A model generated the notes under the pieces. The model ran no database searches, had not been told where the DNA came from, and saw nothing but the letters and a program-made list of their open reading frames with translations. From Felis catus (lineage: Eukaryota), in NCBI RefSeq assembly GCF_018350175.1, contig NC_058382.1, positions 57,724,001 to 57,788,000 of the forward strand: a stretch of DNA of 64,000 nt. Direction: 5' to 3'. Position numbers and translations under genes: made by a program. This document shows, piece after piece, positions 12,948 through 27,500 of the stretch (position 1 is the first letter of the stretch; each line of letters begins with the position of its first letter).

Positions 12948-15293
12948 TTTAAGTTTATCGTGCTGCTCCCTCCGTCGGCACCTGGCCTGGCTCTGAGGTG
13001 GGGGGAGAGATGTCTCCGTGTGCCCTGTGGCTGTCACCACGAGGGACGGGGATGGGCCGGCCCGGCAGCAAGCACCTGCTTTCACCTCCTTACGCCATGG
13101 TGGCTGCGGTCTCCAGGGGGTTTCCTCCCCGTCCCACCGCCCCCAACACCCCCCTGACAGGGGAAGGCGGCAAAGGAATTCACCTATGCGGGTGCCCCTA
13201 TGTGCCAGGTCCGGGCTGGGCTCCAAATAGATGCTGCCGTTTAACAAGGTCATCCTGAAATCATTGTCGCGCTATATGCTGACTCATCTGGACGTACATG
13301 TTAAAAAATAAAAAAAAATAAAAAAAAATAAAAAGTAGACAGTTTGTGAGCCATAGTTCACTGGCCCCTTCTCTCGAGTGTGGACCTTGCAAACCGGTTT
13401 CTTTGCGCGTCTGGTAATTTTAGGTTGTATCTCGACACTGTGTTAACGCACCAGGGAGACTAGACTGTTCTGCTTTGAGCGGGAAATTCACTTGGCCTGG
13501 ACTCAAATTCTGACACTGCACGGCCTGCAGCCGAAATCGTTTGGATTTTGCCGGCCTTCGCGGCTCTGGGCTTTTGCGCAGTTCAAGGGTCAGCGGAGAC
13601 TCGGACACGCCCCCGCTGCAGCGCTCTCCTTTCTGGGGGTCCCCCCCCCCACTTTCTGGGTCCTCTGGTCCTAAGACCTCAGGTTCTTAGCAGTTGATGA
13701 TATAGTGGCAGCACCCGCCCTCCCGGCTCCGGCCCCGGGGAAGGGAGGCCCCGGAGGGACAGCCCAAGCACAAGAGGGTGAATTTTGGCTTTTAAGTTTC
13801 CAGCCAGGCTTGGCGTCTGTTTTCTCAGCTCTTTATTTCGACATCGTTTCGGCCGTGCAGAGCGGTTGCGAGAACGGCACCAGAATTCCCATACACCCTC
13901 CGCCCGCACCCTCCAGATCATTAACCTGCGGAGACGTGTGTTGAGACCGTGTAGACGCCCCATTCCCCCCGAAACCCTCGGTGGCTGGTGTTAGCCCTCG
14001 GAGATCATTCTGGCCCGAAACGAGTATCCCAGGGCAGTTGTCAGATGGTAACTTGCCCGACGGAAACTTCTGTGATCACACTGTGCCGTCCACCTTTATT
14101 GGTTGGCAAGATGCTGGCCCATCCCCTTCCTCGTTTCTTCCCACGCACACACGTGTTGGGTTTTGTGTCTTATAAGTACTTGCTACGTGATATGCATACC
14201 TTACACGCACGCACACACACCCCGGGACGGCTCGCCGAGTCCTCTTTCGTGCCTACACAACGCCCTTCTCTATCATTTCCTCCTTCGCTGTCCGCTCACC
14301 CCCGGCTGCGGCAGGGGTGGGGGGGCGCCTTCCAGCTGGCTTCTCCGTGATCCTGACATGGTCCTATCCGTTTTGGCACAACTTTCTGGCACGACAACGT
14401 GTTCCCGGCTCGTCTTGTACTCTCCTCGCCCTGGCCCTGGATCAGCCGTCTTCTCCAAGGAGCCCTAGTTCCTTTCAGCGGGGATTGTATGTAAATAGAC
14501 ATGAAAGTCTCTGGCGGAGATGGAAGGACGCTGGCGTCGCAAAAGCCAAAACCTCACGGAACACACAGAGATGTGGGAGGATCTGGCCCGTCTCCCCGGG
14601 CTCTCCGGAGGAGAGGGGAGGACAACCCTAAAGCCAGGTGCCGGCCATCGTCTGGGGGGCTCCCCAGCCCGTGAGGCGGAGCCCCCCCTCCCCTGGAGAG
14701 ACTGCCAGCATCTGATGCTCGCTTCCCAGACTCCCTTGCAGCGAGGGTGCACCCAAGCGTCCTGTTCCCCTGGCCTTGAACTGGGAGCCCCTGATGCAAG
14801 GAAGCTGGTGTCCAGAGACCTCTCTCAGGGGAACGGTGGGGGCTTCTGGGGGTTCATTGTTTATCTGCACGTCAAATTGAACTGGGTCTCCTGTGTCTCA
14901 CGTGGCAACCGCGGGCCTGGGGCTGACAGGAGAGTCCAGGCCCCCGGCCGGGGCCACAAGCCCACACTCAGCCACCCAGCAGGCGGGTGCCACCAGACCG
15001 GTTCTGTGCCGTGACCCTGGGCGTCGTTTCCCCGGCTGCAGAACCTTCCCGCCTGGTCCGCCCGCCCTCCCTGAGGTCCTGTGGGATCCTCAGTGTCCTT
15101 GGGTGACAAGTCCCTCTTCTGTTCACAGGAGCGAAGGGCACTGGGAAGGGCCAGCTGTGACCTCCTCTTGTGCCGGAGCCAGGTGGGGGAGGTGGGAGGA
15201 AGCTCCCAGGTCAGCCTGGGAAACAGGAGCCTAGAAGGGACTCCTCCCCTACTTCCTTCCAGAATTTGCAGAATTCCCCAGCCTGTAGCCAGA

Positions 15294-15556
<263 letters not shown>

Positions 15557-16819
15557 ACGTTTCTTCCTCCTCACGAGCCCACGAGGCAGGTGTGGACGCC
15601 ACATTTCCAGACGAGGAAGCCGAGGCCCACTGAGGCCAGGCGCCTCGCCAGCCGCGGCCGCGGGCCCACCCCGGGCCGCCGTCCCCGCAGAGGCTTCCTG
15701 TCAAGCTTCCTTGCAGCCGGACTTGCGCTGGCTCGCCTGCACATTCTGTGGGACTTTGAAAATCAAGATGGAAATTACCAGGCCCTCCTATCTGCCTGCA
15801 GCCCTCCGCCCTCCCTGTCCGGCTTGGCCTGGAAACGGCCCGCTCTGGCCAAATGGGTCAGTGGAGACAGAAGCATTTGCTGATGGGTGTGGATGCTCGT
15901 GAACTTGGTCTTACCCCCAAACAAGCTGGTGCTGTTACGCAGGGGTGTGTGCGGGCCCAGGTGTGTAGGGACAACAGTCAGGACCCCGAGCGGCCCTGGG
16001 CCGAGGCCTGGGGGGACCGTCCCGCCCTGGCCGAGCCGGTGGCCCGGAGCAGGCCTGAGGGTCGAGAACCACCCACCGTCCACTCCCCGCGAGACGTCTG
16101 ATCCCAAACGGAAAACTGAAACCACCATCCTCCGTCACTGCAGACATTTGTCGCCGGACAAGGACGCACATAAACAGCTTAATTGGAACCATACCACTGC
16201 CCTCCTCCCTCGATCCTTCCCCGGGGCCTCCCCGCTCGCCCGGGGACGGCGGCAAACAGGCCGCTAAGTCACGGCACAGGGCCCGCTTGATTCTCTTCAC
16301 CGGGTTGAGCCTGCCGGGCCTCCACGGTCTTCACCACAGCCCCGCGTCACGGGAGTGGTCGTGCCCACCTGCCCGGGAGGAAACCGAGGCGTGAGTTCCA
16401 ACGTCCAGCCGAGGATGCGCAGACAAGAGGCGGAAGCCAGGTCCTGGCCGGGCTCCGCACAGACCCGGCCGCCCTCGGTGACCGAGGAGGGAGTGCTGGG
16501 GACGCGCACGCAGTGCCGCGTCCCAGCTCAGCCTGCCTCGTGGGGTGTGCCCAGCCTCAGTGCCCCCCTCGGGGTGCCAGCGGGGCAGCCACCTGCCTCG
16601 GAAACTCGTCACACGGCCGGTAGGTGCCTGAGCGGGGCTTCACCCCCGCGTGGCGTGGCCGCGACTCGGTTTCCCCCGCTGTCTCAAATCTCGGGGCTTC
16701 CGCTTCCTGGGGATGCTCTCCCCACGCCCTCATGCCTGTGCCGTCAGCCCTCCTCCCCCCGGACTTTTTTCACCCCAGGACCATCGGATGGGGGTGGGGT
16801 AACCGAAGGGTCAGCAGCC

Positions 16820-17010
16820 CGTGGGTTAGAGCCCCGGCGTGGACCTTCTAGCTGTGTGACCTTGGGCCAGCTCCCTAACCTTAACCTCTCTGTGCCTCCG
16901 TTTCCTTATCGGCACCGGGGGGACAGTCACGGTTCCTGTCTCCCAGGGGGGGTGACAGGGACTCCCTGAGACTGTGCGGAAGCTGCTCACGACAGCACGC
17001 GGCACTTGGC
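16820..17010 (+). mobile_element. MIR
   Basis: tagctgtgtgaccttgggccagctccctaacc...ctctgtgcctccgtttccttatc. Confidence 0.8.
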
Positions 17011-17684
17011 TGTTGCCCATGGGCTCCTTACGAATAGTGACGTCTCAGTCCTCGGAGCGATCCCACGGGGTGGGTGCCCGTGTCGTCCCCATTCCACGTG
17101 ACACAGAGAGGGTGAGCAGCTTGCCCACGGTCGCCCAGCCTGGAAGGGACGGCCCTGGGATTTGAGCCTCAGCAGGCAGGTGGGGGAGCATGCCCCTCGC
17201 CGCTGGGCCGGGCCACCCTCACCCTCGCACGCGCCACAGCCACAGGCCGGAGCCACGTGGCAGGACACGGGTGCCGACCGGACGTGGGGGCATCCATTTC
17301 GTAACGCGCTTCATTCTCCAAACTTGGCTCAGAACGGCTGTCCCGGTTCCCAGCTCGCGGGTCCAAATGAGAAACACGCTCTTCAAAAACAGCAAGTCAA
17401 GAGAGGCAAAGGCTCCGGATTAGGGGGACGAGAGACCCGGCTTAGCCACAGCAAGTGAGCGGGCCCAGGTGCAGGGACGGCCGTAGAGCGCTTGGGTGGG
17501 GGCAGCCGCGACACGGGCTGGGTGTCGGGCGACCGTAGTTTCACGGGGAACCAAAGACACCGTCCTGCCCTAGTGGTCGTGTGTCCCCGACCCGGGTCGT
17601 GCTGCGGTAGGTCAGAGTCCTGTTGGTAGGAAATCCACACGGAGGCGTTTCAGAACAGGAGGGACCCATGTGTCGCTGTAGTAT

Positions 17685-17686
<2 letters not shown>

Positions 17687-17729
<43 letters not shown>
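17687..17729. repeat. (CA)n microsatellite
   Basis: About 21 perfect CA units. Confidence 0.99.
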
Positions 17730-17733
<4 letters not shown>

Positions 17734-19172
17734 CTGCAGGTTTGCAATTACACCAAAATAAAAAGTTACAGAGTATAATGACTAGAAAACCCGGTGCCGT
17801 CACGAGTGCAGTCTGGACGTCTCGCTCAGGCACGGACGTCCCCAACACGGACACCTGTGCCTTCTCAGCCCGCCGAGTGGCCGCAGGACATCCTCACGCT
17901 CGGGTGGGCAGCCCTGAGGTGCCACAGGTGCCCCGGACACCCTCCCCTCCCCACCCCACCCCCCGCCAGCTCCAACGGGGACAAAAGCACCTGTGTGTGT
18001 CGGGCACTGGAGGTGACCCGTGGTCAAAGAGGCAGACTCACCCCTGCCCTCTGAGAACCCACAGACACAGGAGAAGGACGGGGAGACTCCAACGCAGAGG
18101 TGCGGGTGCTGAGGGGCCCCCGGCCCCTGTCTGGGGCAGGCTGGGAGCTGGGAAGGCTTCCAGGCGGGAACGGTTTGGGCAGGAGGAGAGGAAAAGCTAG
18201 GGGAGGCGGGGAGGGGGCCACGTGTTTCCCAGCAAGTCCATGCGGTGGGTAGAGTTAGCCCTTTTTATAGGTGGGAAACCGGCTCTGAGTGTGTAACTCG
18301 CTGGCCTGCGGCCTCGGGGCTGGGACGGCAGCCCTGGGGTTCACACCCAAACACCACCACCGCCACCCCGTAAGAAAGAGGGGTGACATCTACCGGGGGC
18401 TGGGACCCACTGGTGCCCACAGCGGGGGGGGGGGCGGGGAGAGGACCCAGGGCCCCGCCCTTAACCTTAACCTGCCCCCTGGGCTCTAGTCCTCCCCCCA
18501 CCCCAGCCGCTCGGACCGCCCGGGAGGGGGCGCACGGCAGGTGCAGGCGCGCGGGTAGGGAATCGGGCCCACTTTGCCACCTACGAGCCCTGGGTCTGGA
18601 GTGTAAGCCTCCAGAGCTTTGTCTCCAGAACAGACACGAAGAGGGCCCGGAGCGTTGGCTCGCCTTTGCAGCGACAGCGGGGCGATGCTGAGCAGAGCCG
18701 TGATCCTTCCGAGGCTCGAACGCTTCGTCGTTCTCCCCATTTGCGGCCCAGATGCTGTGGCACGAGGTCCCCATCTCCCTGCTTGGCCACCTGCTTTCCT
18801 TCCAGACTGTGCGGGTTTCTCCTGTTGCTGGTAACAAACCCCACCACCTGCCCCCTCGGTAAGAGGAGGATTGTTTTTCTAACCAAAAGGACACCGATCG
18901 CAGCAGGAAACCCTGAGGTGTCCGCAGCGATGGGTCCCGGCTCGGGATCGCCTCACGCTCTCCACGTGCCACCCGCAGTGGCCTCTTCCTGCGTCATTTC
19001 TGCGTCGGCCCCGGGGCCTCGGGACCTAACCCCAAAGTTCTAGCCAAGGAGGGGGGGTTAGAGGTTAGAGGCTGGCCACGGGAAGAGTCTGGCATTTTCT
19101 CTTCCGGGCTGGACCTGTGGCCTCGGGCTCCCCCGGCAGCTGTCCTTCAGCATGGCCCCAGGCAGAGTCAAC

Positions 19173-19202
19173 TATGCACGCGTGTGTGCATGCGCACACA
19201 CA

Positions 19203-19241
<39 letters not shown>
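19173..19241. repeat. Alternating purine-pyrimidine tract ending in (CA)n
   Basis: tatgcacgcgtgtgtgcatgcgcacacacacgcgcacaca... Confidence 0.95.
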
Positions 19242-19243
<2 letters not shown>

Positions 19244-20086
19244 GCCCCTGGTGGCTCGCTCCTCGATAATGGCAGGCCGTGATTGGTGTCGTCATGGGAC
19301 AGACCACGGCATCTCCAAACCACGAGCAAGGAGAAGGGACAGCAGGATGGGGTGCCTTTGGTACCTTCCCACGCCCGGGAGGCGGAGAGTTGCCCACAAC
19401 CCCGCTGGGGTTCAGGGGCTCGCGGTCTCTAATCTCCCCTCTTTGACGAGCTCCAGAAATTCCCTAGACCAAGGAGCAGATGTGTCTCCCGGAGAGGAAA
19501 ATCCGCACGACCGCGCCGTCCTCAGCCTGTGGGGCGGCAACACCTAAATTCGGTGGGTGTCCTGAAGGCCGGGGTCCGGAAAACGGGCCTGCCCCTGCCA
19601 CGTGAATTTTAACCCCGCCCTGACGCTGTGGTCACGCACGGCGCGGAGAGCGTTGGCATTCGTTCCACCCACGGTGCATTTTCAGAGCGCGTGCTCTCTG
19701 CCCCGACAGAGCGGTTCCCAGAGGCGCCGTGATTCGGGGAGGGCGGGTGACGCGTCCACAGACACCTGTGAGCACAGCGGTGAGCGGAAGGAAGGTGGTG
19801 CCCTGGTGGGGGTCTTTGTGTGTGTGTGTGTGTGTGTGTGTGCAGACAGGGGGGCTTCCTGGAGGAGGAATCTGGTCTTGATCCCAGAAGCAGTGGGCTA
19901 CAGCCATTCGGGTTTTAACCTTGGGGGGCGCGGGGCGGCGATGTGATCAGATTTGCATTTTGCAAGCACGTTCCAGCGATGGTGTGGAAGATGGGTTGTT
20001 GGGGTCCGGAGCAGAAGCCAGAAACCAGGTGGGAGGCCATCACCCAGCCCTGGTCAGAGACCTCCAGCCAATTCTTTCCTTTCTAT

Positions 20087-20218
20087 TTAAAAAAAAAAAA
20101 AAAAATTTTTTTTTTTTTAATTTTAGAGAGTGGAGAAGGGGTGGAGGGAGACAATCGCCTTGGGGAAGGGGTGGAGAGAGAGAATCCCAAGCAGGGTCTG
20201 TGCTTAGTGCCGAGCCCC
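20087..20218 (-). mobile_element. 5'-truncated Can-SINE
   Basis: A/T tail followed by gagagagagaatcccaagcagg...gccgagcccc. Confidence 0.75.
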
Positions 20219-20845
20219 AAGTTCATTGTTGAATTTAGCCTCCCTGTTAGACTTTCTCCCTTTCTCTCAAAGACACCTGCAAAGCAAACCGCGGCTTGAG
20301 GTGGGAGGCGTTTTCCTGCAGCCCCGGGGCTTCTCAAAACATAAGAGGTGACCCTCCCCCGGCTCCCGAGGCCGGGAGACGAGCTCTGTTTCGTTTCCTT
20401 TCTGGCCCCGAGAAGACAGGATCCGGGTAGGGAAGAACCACTTTGCAGAAGCCCCCGGCACGGATGCCATCGCGTTGTTCGGGAAGGACGGAAGACGGCT
20501 GGGGTGCTTTGAAAGCGCGAGCCTGAGGGAAGGGGCACAGCGGGGTGGTGCCCTGACGTTCGGGAACCATCTGGGGAAGAGAACCATCAGGGGAGAGGCG
20601 CCGCCCTGCTCCCGAAACGTGCAGGAAGGGCCGTGCCTCCCGGTAGTGAGAGCGGGTCGCCCTCTGCCTCTGAGCGGGCAAGACTCTGAGCCTTTGGGGT
20701 CTGGGTTCCGCGACGCATGGGACTCGGGGCTGAGCTCCCGCTCCAGGGAGCCCAGAACTCCCGCGTGGGAGGCGACTGCCCTTCCTCAAAGAAACTTAGC
20801 GGACAGAGTTCTGCTTTGGCCAAAGAGCAACAGTAGTGGTCACTG

Positions 20846-21006
20846 GGGCTCAGGTCGCGCTCTCGCGGTCCGTGAGTTCGAGCCCCGCGTCGGGCTCTGG
20901 GCTGATGGCTCAGAGCCTGGAGCCTGGAGCCCGCTTCCGAGTCTGTGTCTCCCTCTCTCTCCGCCCCTCCCCCGCTCACACTCTGTCTCTCTCGTCTCTC
21001 AGAAAG
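20846..21006 (+). mobile_element. 5'-truncated Can-SINE
   Basis: ggctcaggtcgcgctctcgcggtccgtgagttcgagccccgcgtcgggctctgggctgatggctcagagcctggagcct; head and tail missing. Confidence 0.9.
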
Positions 21007-22027
21007 CCACCACGGCGATCCTAGTAACCGCGACAGTGGTGGTAAGGGCATGCCTCCATTCAACCAGCATCGCTGGGCACCTACTATGCGCCAAGCCCTA
21101 CACGGAGCACCGTGGGCGCTTCTGTCCTTGACAGCACGAGCGCCCTGGGGGGCGGGGAGGGGGTGTCGAGGGGCTGAGGAGTAAGAGAAGGTTCTTGTCA
21201 CCAGGCCCGGGCTCCAGGTGCCACCGCAGTGCCTCCTGGCCCAGAGTGTGGAGCACTGTTTGTCCTTGGCTCCGAGCTAAGCCATCGTCCAAACTTCCCC
21301 GCTGAACCGGTTACATAAGTGTTCCCCGAGGCCTGGAATCTTCCAGATGGCCCCGCGGCCCACCCTACCAGCTGCTCCCAGGATGTCGGCCCTGGCCACG
21401 GTCCCGGGCCTGGAATTCCTGGAGCAGGCTGATAGGGAGCAGCTGCTAGAACCCTGGGGAGGCCAAGCGTGCTGAGTGCGCACATCGGCGCGGCAGCGGC
21501 CCCTGTGTGCCCCCGGCCCTCCCTTAGAGCAGCTGCACCCCGGGGTGGAGCTGGGTCCCTGTGACCCCGGACATCTGGGCCCGCAGCACACGCCAGCCTC
21601 GAGGAAGGCATGTCGATGGCCTCCCCTCCTGTTTGCCTTGGACACGTTCCTGACGCCTCTTGTGTGATGGGGTTCTTCCAACCTGTCCTCAGGTCACCCT
21701 CACGGCCGCATCCAGGGACCGCCGGTCCCCAGACCTCCGGCCCCATCGGAGAGCTGGTTTGAAATGCCCGTTCCAGGGGCCCCGCCCTGGGAGGCCAGTG
21801 CCATCGGTCTGGGAGTGGGTGCAGGGATCCTGATCTTTGACAAAGGCCCCAGGCAGTTGCGACGCCAGCCCTCCCCCGGCCACACTTGGGGAAACACCGA
21901 CACGGGTGGGATATTGTCCTCTTCCCTGCCATGCGACCCATCCACAAGGGGGACCTCTGTTTTCTCTCTCTCTCTAGATAGAAATTCCCGTAGTTAGACA
22001 CGTATAGATACACTGATATGGATTACG

Positions 22028-22415
22028 TGAGTTTCCTGTGGCTGCCGTTACAAATGCTCACCGACCACGTCACTTAAAAACCACAAAAGAACACTCTCCC
22101 TCTCTCCGGAGGCCAGAGGTCCAGATCAGGGTGTCACAGGGTCACCTCCCCTGAAGGTTCTGAGGGACGGTCCTTCCTGCCTCTTCCAGCTCCCGGGGGC
22201 TCCAGGCGTCCCTTGGCTGTGGCCACATCGCCCAGTTTCTGCCTCTGTCGTCACACAGCGTCTCCTCTGACCGTGCTGACTCCTTGCCTGTGTCTCATAA
22301 AGACGCGTGTCCTTGGGTTTAGGGCCCGCTCAGATGATCCAGGATGATCTCATTTGAGATCCTTAGCTTAATTACGATGGCAAAGAGCATGTTGCCAAAT
22401 CCGGCCACGGTCACC
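22028..22415 (-). mobile_element. MaLR LTR (MLT1B/C-like)
   Basis: gtttcctgtggctgccgttacaaat...ccaggatgatctcatttgagatccttagcttaattac. Confidence 0.85.
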
Positions 22416-22830
22416 GGCCTCTCCTCCTGCTCCCCCTGCCCCCCACCCCCGGGAAAGTTCATCACATCCCTGCCTTCAGGCACCATTGACCCGCGTGTCC
22501 CAGGGTCAGAGGAGACGGCTGCTCTGGGGGGGGGGGGGGGGCGTCTGGAGGGACAGCCGGGGCCCCTTGCTTCGCTGGTGCATATGCAACACAGAACCGC
22601 CGGGGAGCTTTCCTGCTCTGCCGTGATGAGCTGTGGGCTGGAGGTGGAACTCTCCCAGGAGCAGACAGTCAAGGCTGCAACTTACTCAAGTACAAATGAC
22701 TGCTAGCAGATCAGCTGGCAAGAAAGAGCAAGTGTGGAGGACCCGGGCCTCCGGGTCCCCAGGGCAGGGACCCCGGCCTCAGCCGGCAACCACGGGGTGC
22801 CTCCCCGAGGAGGTGGTGCAGAACTGCCCG

Positions 22831-22845
22831 CCACCAGGGGGCAGC
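22831..22845 (+). promoter_or_regulatory. CTCF motif
   Basis: ccaccagggggcagc matches the CTCF core consensus; motif match only. Confidence 0.55.
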
Positions 22846-23102
22846 AGAGCACCAGGGATCGGTTTATAAATCTAGATCCCGGGGTCCCGATTAATACCCC
22901 GGTAAGTGGCAATACCCCTCCCCTCCCCCCCGTCTAGGGAGCCCCACTCCTTCATTCCAAATAAGTGTGTTCCTTAGCATATAGAACACCAGGCAGAGGT
23001 CCAGAAAGGTCCGCAAGTGAGGCAGGAATAATTTCGCACCCACGGTTTTGCCCACGCAGAGGCCCAAGCATCTTACTCATGATTCAAAGAAGGTTCCTGC
23101 GC

Positions 23103-23328
23103 GGGGCGCCTGGGTGGCTCCGTCGGTTGAGCGGCCGACTTCGGCTCAGGTCATGATCTCATGGTTCGTGAGTTCGAGCCCCGCGTCGGGCTCTGTGCTG
23201 ACAGCTCGGAGCCCGGAGCCCGCTTCGGATTCTGTGTCTCCCTCCCTCTGCCCCTCCCCCACTCATGCTCCGTCTCCGAAATAAATAAACATTGAAAAAA
23301 ATAAATTTAAAAAAAAAACCCCAAAAAA
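23103..23328 (+). mobile_element. Can-SINE with target-site duplication (TSD)
   Basis: Full-length head to tail; TSD caaagaaggttcctgcg (23085) / caaagaaggtccccgcg (23329). Confidence 0.97.
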
Positions 23329-23344
23329 CAAAGAAGGTCCCCGC

Positions 23345-23540
23345 GGACCAGCCCCAGTACTGCAGACGTTCTCCAAGTGGGGCACCAGCCTCACCTGGGG
23401 GCTTGTTGGAAACGGAGATTCTCGGGCCCCACCCCAGACCGACAGACAGCCTCAGACTCTTTGGGGGCTGGGCCTGGTCACTTGGGCTTTAACAAGCCTT
23501 CCGGGGATTCTCGGGGCGCCGCTCCGCGTTGGGAGCTACC
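23345..23540. mobile_element. MER5A-like hAT-Charlie MITE
   Basis: cacctgggggcttgttggaaacggagattctcgggccccaccccagacc...tttaacaagccttccggggattct. Confidence 0.75.
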
Positions 23541-24044
23541 CCTTGTGATGAGTCAGGCAAGACAGGAGCGGTGATTGATTTCCAGACACGTGTCGATGCG
23601 GCTCTGAGGAAAAACAGGAAGAACACGGAAGGGGCAGCGTGCTCCCCGGGGGGCTGGTCTAGAGCAGGGCATCCCCCTCCGTGGGCCTCTGTCCTCGCCG
23701 GGCCAGGCGGTTGGTTTACCCTGCTGGATGGATGAGTCAGTCATGGTCGCACCGCGTCGTGACCCAGCTGGAATGACTTCCAGGAGGAGGAATTAGACCG
23801 TGGCCTCAGGGTTACGGGTTCTCTACGACGAGCATGGATGTGGCTAAAAAGGAGCCACGGGGCCTTTTCCAGGCGCCAGAAGAGCGGCCACCCGTCGGGA
23901 GGCCACAGGGAGGGAGGGCTCAGATCCCTGCTCCACACTCACGCGAGCTGGGCCACCCTGCTCGGTGACTCAACCTCTCTGATTCCTCCCTTCCTGTCCC
24001 TGAACAGTGGGGACGGTAACAGCGCCCACGGCCGCATAAGCAGG

Positions 24045-24530
24045 ATGCATCCAAGAGAAACGAACGCTTGGGTTCACATAGGAACCTGTCTGCGGATGCG
24101 CTCGGCCCCTGTTCACAGCAGCCAGAGAGGGGAAACCACCAAACGCGCACCCGCGACGATGAGTAAGCAGAATGGGGTCCGTCCCGCGATGGAATAGTTC
24201 ATGGGCCACGGGTGCACGCTCTGTGGGCTCACCCTGACAGCTGCGCGAGAGAAGCCGGTCACGAAGACCGTGTAGCGTACGATCCCGTGGCTCTGAAACA
24301 TCCAGGACAGGCACATTCACAGGGACAGCAGATTCGTGGGGGCCAGGGCTGGTGAGCGTAGAAGGACTGAAGGGGAAGCCTGAGGGTCCAGGGTGATGGA
24401 ATGTTCTAGAATTGACTGTATTGACAGCGTGACTGTGAATATGCCGAAAACTGACTTGTACACGTTCGGTGGCTGAACTGTGTCAGGGGTGGATAAGATC
24501 TCATAAGAGCTGTTAAAAACACGAAACAAA
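24045..24530 (+). mobile_element. Old L1MB/MC 3' end
   Basis: catccaagagaaacgaacgc...gagaagccggtcacgaagaccg...gtgatggaatgttctagaattga. Confidence 0.75.
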
Positions 24531-27500
24531 ACAAACCATGTTTTTGCCCAGGAGATGCCCTAAAGCTATTTTTATTGTTAATGGGGGGGGGGGAGGAGGT
24601 AACCTGTGAACTTTAAAATTTTTCCCAAATTGCTAAGCAAACACGTTTAGGAAAGGTACCTGAGCTCAATTCAGTCTCCAAGTTGGGGACCCTTGCCCCT
24701 TGTTCAAGGTCAGGCCCCCGTAACAGCAAAGCCAAGCCCGTCAAATCGTGGCTTGTTTCCAAAGGCTGCAGACTTTCCGGGTTGGATTTTGTCTGTAAAC
24801 ACCGGGCAGACCTCGAGATGGGTTAAGCCCCTAGGATCTTCAGGGCCTTGGGGCTGACTTTTCATCAGAAAAATCCCAGCGGCTCCAGGCCCCCGGGAGG
24901 CAAGGTCCAGATCCACAGCTGTCCTTGAAGGCAGCCGCCAGGGAGGCCTGCCCAGACCTTATCTCCAGAAGGAAGTGTCCCCACCCTGCTCCAAATGTTT
25001 GTCCAGAAGGAGAGGGCCCAAGCAGAGACACAGCGGGCCAGAGGGAAAGTCACTGGGGAAAGGGGGGGCGGGGGCTCCTGCCACATGGGCCGAAGGAGTC
25101 TGCGGCCCTGTCTCCTCTCCTGCTCAGGCCCTCCCGTGGCCTCCCATCACCCTCCCACACCCTTCAGGGTCAGGGGGCACCCCCAGGGCCTGCCCCTATC
25201 TGCCAGCACAGACTCTTTAGCCCCGCTCCCCACACCCCTGGGCCTTTGCATGGGCTATGGTGGGAAGGCTCCACCAGGTCCCGGCTGCATGCCCTTGGGC
25301 AGGTCACTCCCTCCGGGGCCTCGGTCCCCACTGTCGTGTGAGGAGCCTCAGCCGGCTGCTTGGGAGAAACCCACTGCGTTGAAGCAGGCCCGGGTCAGAC
25401 TCCGAGGCTCAGGGGGGAGCGGGGGCTCTGACTGGCTCCCACCTCCGAGGCGGCTCCTTCTCCAGACTCGGCCTGCTGGCCGCCCGCTCATCCTTCCAGC
25501 CGCAGCTCCCCTCCTGCCCTCCCTCCAGAACCTTCCAGAATGCCCAGGCACCGCAGGGCTCCCGAGCTCATCTGTGATAGTCTGGGGGCCTGTCTGGAGG
25601 GCTGAGCTCCCCGCGTGGCCCCCCACTCCGCGTGTCTGCAGGCCCCGCCTCCCCGGCCTCACCGGCTGCAGGCTCTCTACGAAGGAACGTGTTCAACGGA
25701 GTGAGTTTGCAAGATGCTCTCTCTGCCAGTATCTCATTGGGCCTTCACCCGCACCCGGAGGCAGGAAACAGGCTGTTGCTCCAGTGTAGGGATGAGAAAC
25801 AGCCTCAGGGGACGTGGCTGGAGGCCGGCCGCCTCCTCCTCAGCTTCCTGGGGTTCCTTTCAAGGAACAAAGCGGCCAGGCCCAGCCAGGGCAAGAGGCC
25901 ACGCGTCCTTTGGCCAAGGAGAGCCTGTCCCTGCGGCTCGGGCCGTGTCTTTGCTGATGCATCAGTCCTGGCCCCGGAGCGGGCGGCCAGCCAGAGCCCG
26001 GCTGCCTCCCCACCCAGCCCGAGGCCCCGTGTGCCAGCTCTGTATCCTGCCCCCGCAGGAGAAGAGGGACATGGTCCCAGGGGACCCTGAGGACCACCCT
26101 TCTGGAAGCAAACGTGGACAAGCTGCTTAGGCCGGCGAGAGGACGTGGTTTTGTGCAGCCAGCTCCTGCGACCGCCCAGAACGGGCAACGGAGACCGGGG
26201 CCGGGCCAGACCTGGATGCAAACCTCGGCTCGCCTGTGTCCCTGCAAGGTGACCTCGGGAAAGCCCTGACCCCCCCCTCCAACGTCCCTCCCCAAAACAG
26301 GGGCAAGAGGAGTGTGGTAACACCCTTACCGTGAAGGACAGTCACGAAGGGAAGTGGCAGGCACCGTGCTGGACGCGTGCGTCCTTTGTTAGGTTACTTC
26401 TTTGTGAAACCTTTGCTCGCTTATAAAATTCCCGAGAAGTCCTCGAGGAAGAGGCAGAGCAAGGGGACGCTGCATTTTCGGGGTCGGGAGGATTGGGGGT
26501 TCCTGTCTGGGGGAAGGTGTGGACGGCCGGGTGCTGCTGGATGGGGCTGGGGGGGATGGTGAGAGGGGCTTAGGGGGCCCTGGGGGGGACACTGAGAGCG
26601 AGCCGCTCCGGACGGCTGAGCCTCTCCTGCCAGGGAACAGGGAGACGCGAGCGTCGAGCGCTGGGGCAGTGGGCACAGGGGCAGGTGGGCGTCCCCTCTG
26701 TCCAAGGCGGCCGCAGGGAGGACTGACTGTTCTCCTGAGCAACTTGCGGAGCCCCCGCGGGGCCTCCGGACTTGTCTGGGGGACGCGTTACTGTCACTGG
26801 CCGTCGGCGGGGGAAGCCAAGTCTGTGTTGGTGGCGTAAAAACCGTGTGCTGAGGCCGGCAGGGCCCTTCTAGCCCTGGACCACCTCCCTCTGGACGGTG
26901 AGAAGAATACCGTCTGTCTCGTTTAAGCCAACGTACCGGGGGGCCTCTTTGTCACAGCAGACAACGTTGTGAGTACACTGTGTCCTAACTAAGACACACG
27001 GACTTACGAATGTACCTGAGAGGCTGCCTCGATTCTCACACCGCGGGTGGCCCCGAGGGCCTCTGCCTCCTCTCTGTGACACACCACCGCTGCTGAGCTT
27101 CTGGAAGCTACGGGCAAGATCATCAACCCTTCCTGACTCCGGCAGAGAGGGGGGACGTTGCCAAATGCATGCTTGTTGCATGCTCGAAGCCCTGGCCACA
27201 GGCCATTGGCATCACCCGGGAGCTGGTCAGACGTGCTCAGACCTTCTGCGTCGGCCTCTGCACGTAACGACCCTCGGCTGGGAGCTCTGATCTCAGCTCC
27301 TCAGAGCTTTGTGTCTGCCCTGTGCTGAGTCCCTAGGGGTGTCCTCTGGGCTCCCCACGAGGGAACTGGGAAGCAGGAGGGTCTCGGTTCCCCACCTCTG
27401 CTTTACGGAAGGCAAAAGCACACCGTTCGCTTTATTCGACAAGGGTCTGCAGGTTGATTTGCTAAAGGGGAGGAATGTGGAAATCCTGGTCCTGGGCCGC